The notes below the pieces were generated by a model. It was not told the origin of the DNA. It ran no database searches and saw nothing but the letters and a program-made list of their open reading frames with translations. A stretch of DNA of 63,804 bases, the filler included, from Bigelowiella natans CCMP2755 (lineage: Eukaryota > Protista > Cercozoa): assembly GCA_000320545.1 (NCBI GenBank). It is 9 parts of 9 records of this genome, joined end to end, with 100 filler letters (N's around TTAATTAATTAA, not from the genome) between each part and the next. Parts side by side here need not be neighbours in the genome. Positions count along the whole stretch, not along the records: positions 62,671 to 63,804 come from ADNK01003469.1; 8 more parts are not named here. One strand, written 5' to 3'. Position numbers and translations under genes: made by a program. Of the stretch, positions 62,671 through 63,804 are shown one piece after another (position 1 is the stretch's first letter; every line of letters begins with the position of its first letter).

Positions 62671-63804
62671 CTCACGGGACAAGTAATGGTGGGGAAGAAT
62701 TAGAGAGCAGCGCAAAGGATGATGACCTTGCAAGAGATGAAGACAGCAGATATCCATATGATGCAGGCCAAACGATGAGGCAGCTAGACGTACAACATGC
62801 GACATCGAAGAGTTATGTAAAGTGCAAGTGCTCTTGGCAATATTAGTTACACTTCTGAGCGAGCCCTGTCTAGCTAGCCTGTTATCACAACGCGAAGACA
62901 AAGCCTACTCAATGCAATCATCGTGCGATTCAAAGCCGATGCCAACATTTGCTTGTTGCCTTTCTGTCGCAAGATTCTTCCCGGACAAAGCCTTCACTCG
63001 ATTGCATTGCTGACTCGAATGGATGCATCCTAAGCAGTTTTCGATCACTCATCCCGAAAAACTTTCCGCACATTTCCCCTATCTGCTGCCATCTAGCCAT
63101 GCATGGTGTTTTGGTCACAAAAAACGTTTGCGTGCTACGTGCATGATGTTGATGCGAATGAACGATTTTGCTCGCTCATTATCAATGCCACAACGCAATC
63201 GAGAATAAGCTCTAGAGCTGCCTATAGCTAATTGGTGCACTTTCTAGCTTTGCATGCTAGCGCATGGTTATCATGCAAGCTAGCACAAGCGCTGCATCTA
63301 TAGTTAGTTGTCATTGCTGTGTCTATTATATGGCAGATAGAGACGGCGATATGGTCGATACTAGGATATGGCCAAGTGCGACTTGCAGCATGCACCGTGC
63401 GTTGGCACCTCACACACAGACATGGATGCTTCTGAATGTCTCGATGCGCGTCAGGCTCGTGCGATGCGAAACACATGCCGCACAACACCATCTAGCCATG
63501 ACACTCCAGTAGCATTGCGCATATGTGCTCACATTGTTCATATGTCGAGTTGATTGCCACGTTCTACCATTATCATCATTACCAATAGTAATGCCTCACA
63601 AATTCGCAATAGATCGGAGCTCTGACCTGCATCGCACAGCAGAAATGCGGTCCGTTATACACAAGCGCGCGCACATGTTGTAATCAGAGGTCGCAGCTGC
63701 GAAAGTATCGATCGACTTGCTTTTCCCCTCTCTCCGTTGGAACCAGAGGCACATGTTCCGATGGAGTCACTCATCAAGTGTACTTCTTGGCGTTATTATA
63801 CGAC

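Noticed and set aside
1-63804. tRNA, rRNA or intact transposon genes
   Set aside because: No cloverleaf, rRNA, transposase or reverse-transcriptase motifs recognised by eye; a tRNAscan/Infernal/RepeatModeler run would be needed to exclude them.

Overview
Eukaryotic nuclear DNA: nine unrelated contigs joined by artificial 100-nt linkers (N44-TTAATTAATTAA-N44). Genes are intron-dense with microsatellite-filled introns, so most six-frame ORFs are spurious and gene models were spliced by eye. Recognisable genes: SEP-domain (p47/Shp1-like) protein, GTPBP1/2-family GTPase, SPRY+U-box E3 ligase, small myristoylation-type PH protein, M1 aminopeptidase C-terminus, COMMD6, long-form RNase Z, signal-peptide-bearing phosphoglycerate mutase, DDX47/RRP3, ATG7, RRP40, an LRR protein, enolase, a carbonyl-reductase SDR and a C2H2 zinc-finger protein, plus several hypotheticals. 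Several bipartite (signal + Arg-rich) leaders suggest a secondary-plastid alga, perhaps a chlorarachniophyte (inference only). Most striking unexplained signals: (1) discrete intergenic patches where TpA is almost absent except in YTAR (mostly CTAG), suggesting a localised TpA-to-TpG/CpA mutational process opposite in direction to RIP; (2) distinct sequence composition at gene 5' versus 3' ends; (3) a shared SL[R/Q]GGG ubiquitin-tail-like motif at the end of two unrelated targeting leaders.
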